This document shows positions 61,845-64,000 of a stretch of 64,000 bases of DNA, piece by piece (positions within the stretch are counted from its first letter, which is position 1; each line of letters opens with the position of its first letter). The DNA lies in NCBI GenBank assembly GCA_964016885.1, contig CAXHJY010000238.1, positions 1-64,000 on the forward strand, read 5' to 3'. A program made the translations under genes and the position numbers. Under the pieces are notes generated by a model. That model saw only the letters and a program-made list of their open reading frames with translations. It did not search any database and was not told the origin of the DNA. The DNA is from Eledone cirrhosa (lineage: Eukaryota).

Positions 61845-63215
61845 ATTTAGCATACAGGTTGGTGTCCACCAGGGCTCTGTTTTTAGCCCTCTCCTGTTTA
61901 TTATCATAATGCTGGCTATAACAGGAGTTTAAGACTGGCTACCCATGGGAACTTCTGTATGTGGATGATCTTACATTTATAGCTGAATCTATGGTGGAAC
62001 TAGAGAAGAAATTCCAAACATAGAAACAGGGCCTAGAAAGAATGGGTCTGAAAGTCAACCTGACAAAGACTAAGGTCCTCGTAAGTAGACAAGAAAACAG
62101 AACCCTGATCTCCTCGGGGAAATAGCCTTGCTCAGTGTGTAGGAAAGATATAGGTAGAAATTCCATCCTCTGCCACAAATGCAAACTATGGGGACACAAG
62201 AGATGTAGTGGGATCTCAGGAAGTTTAGTTGAGAATGTAGGCTTTACATGTAGCAGTTGCACTGGGACAGTATGCTGCAAACAGCCACAGGAAACAACCA
62301 CTGCCAAATTCTGGGAGGGCTCTGTAGAAACAGTAAACAGCTACTGCTACCTAGGTGACCAAATTAGCAGAGGAGGTGGGTGTTAGAAAGTACAGTAACC
62401 AGGGTAAGGACGGGATGGAAGAAGTTCAGTGAGCTACTACCACTGGTGGCTACAAAAGGCTTTTGCCTCAAAATGAAAGGCAGACTGTATGATGTGTGCA
62501 TATGAACAGCAATGTGACATGGTAGTGAGACCTGGGCGTTGTGTGCAGAAGACTTGCGTAGATTAGAAAAAAACGAAGCTTGCATGCTCCGATGGATGTG
62601 TAATAGTAATATCCGCGAACGGCAAAGCATAAATGAATTGAGAGAGAGACTGAGCATAAGAGGGATTAACTGCTGTGTGCAAGAGAAGAGATTACATTGG
62701 TATGGACATGTGATGCATATGAAGGATGACAGCTGCATAAAAAGGTGCAGATTGCTCAAAGTCAATGGAAGCCTTGGAATGGGGAGACCCAAGAAGACCA
62801 GGGATGAGGTGATAAAAGCTGACCTTGCCCAATTTCACCTCTCAAACAGGACCGAGACCTCTGGCAATACGCAGTAATACAGAAGACCTGACTTCCCACA
62901 GGCACAAGCCGAATCTGAAGCATATATACAGTATGTCCCCACCCCTCCCACTGTAAAATAGTCGTGGAGGTGTCATGACAAAAAAGCCACCAGCCCACAC
63001 TGTAAAGGGGTCGTGTAGGTGCCACGGTAAAAAAAGGACCCAGCACTCACTGTAAGTGAGGTTGGTGTTAGGAAGGGCATCCAGCTGTAGAAATCAAGCC
63101 AAAATCAGTTCCCGTATGGGCAAGACATGGTCACCTGACCTGGCATTGCCCACAGCAGGGCAACCCGTCTAACCTAGTGTGGAAGAACGGATGTAAAATG
63201 GTGATGATGATGATA
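61845..63215 (+). mobile_element. 5'-truncated degenerate RTE LINE
   Basis: HQGS, YVDD, PHD-like cysteine cluster, WYGHVM, 3' UTR and (GAT)n tail; several stops. Confidence 0.92.
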
Positions 63216-63479
63216 AAACAGAGCCAGAAGGAATACCACAAATCACTCTATTCACGTTCTAACGACTCGTCGCCTACGTCTACATAAAGATATATCTATA
63301 TATTATAATCTGAACCTTAAGGAATTCATCTTTAATACATAATTTCATTTAATCCTGTATCCCCAGGGACTTGATAAAATATACAATGTAGGAACAGGGC
63401 AACCTCATACATATATATATGCATACATACATACATGCATGCATACATACATACATACATACATGCACACGTTTATATT

Positions 63480-63810
63480 TTGCGACCAAATTAAAACACA
63501 GCCAGCCTGATATTGTTGTTTGGGATCACACATTGAAAATGTGATCCGTTATAGAAATCATCTGCTTACTTGATGTCAACGTTGTAAGAAAAATACAAGA
63601 GAAGGAAGACATCTACGGACCATTGATGAGGAATTTGCAGATCCGGTATCCGAGATACACCTTTAGCTTCATACCCATCATTATTGGAGCTACAGGTTAT
63701 ATACCAACCTGCTTGGACCAAAGTATAACTGAACTTGGATTAGTGGGCAAAGAACGCAGCTCCCTAATTCATAGACTACGAAATTTGCAAAACATTCTTG
63801 CGATTTAAGA
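63480..63810 (+). mobile_element. R4/Dong-like RLE non-LTR retrotransposon C-terminal fragment
   Basis: PDIVVWD...IEI...EKEDIYGPL...IPIIIGATGYIP, a PD-(D/E)xK endonuclease pattern. Confidence 0.65.
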
Positions 63811-64000
63811 GATGACAATTTCTTTTCTTTTACAACCAGCCACCAGGAAGGTGGCTGGTCAAAAATGTACTCAAAATTAAGAGAAACATACATACATATA
63901 TGCATGCATGTATTCATACGTATATACATCCATACTGTCACACACAGATACATAAACACATATTCTACTTGTTATATAAAACATGTTTCATTTACTTTTA

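Noticed and set aside
61167-64000. Terminal NGDN exon
   Set aside because: No convincing acceptor followed by a short basic peptide and stop was found; probably beyond the window

Overview
AT-rich, repeat-dense eukaryotic (metazoan) genomic DNA; the SINE/LINE complement suggests a coleoid cephalopod such as octopus (inference). No prokaryotic operons, CRISPR, rRNA or true tRNA genes. Bases 1-8716 are a 45-bp G-rich satellite with higher-order structure, and its ORFs are artefacts. Two spliced + strand housekeeping genes, largely missed by the ORF track, were rebuilt by hand from GT-AG junctions with consistent phase: a complete 5-exon EMC4 (26545-35023, 171 aa) and 11 exons of neuroguidin/NGDN (39694-61166, 289 aa, last exon not found in the window). 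A possible first exon of a minus-strand gene lies at 19174-19300. The rest is tRNA-derived SINEs (two main families), degenerate LINEs (RTE with an embedded PHD-like finger, CR1/L2-like, CRE-like and R4-like), MITEs (piggyBac, hAT and pogo-like), a decayed hAT transposase, minisatellites and (TA)n. The most notable items are a small non-coding repeat family carrying minimal type I hammerhead ribozymes (16.6-17.8 kb, plus another hammerhead at 47.35 kb), a ~60-bp hairpin at 18.2 kb, duplicated splice acceptors in NGDN, and several inverted repeat pairs inside introns.
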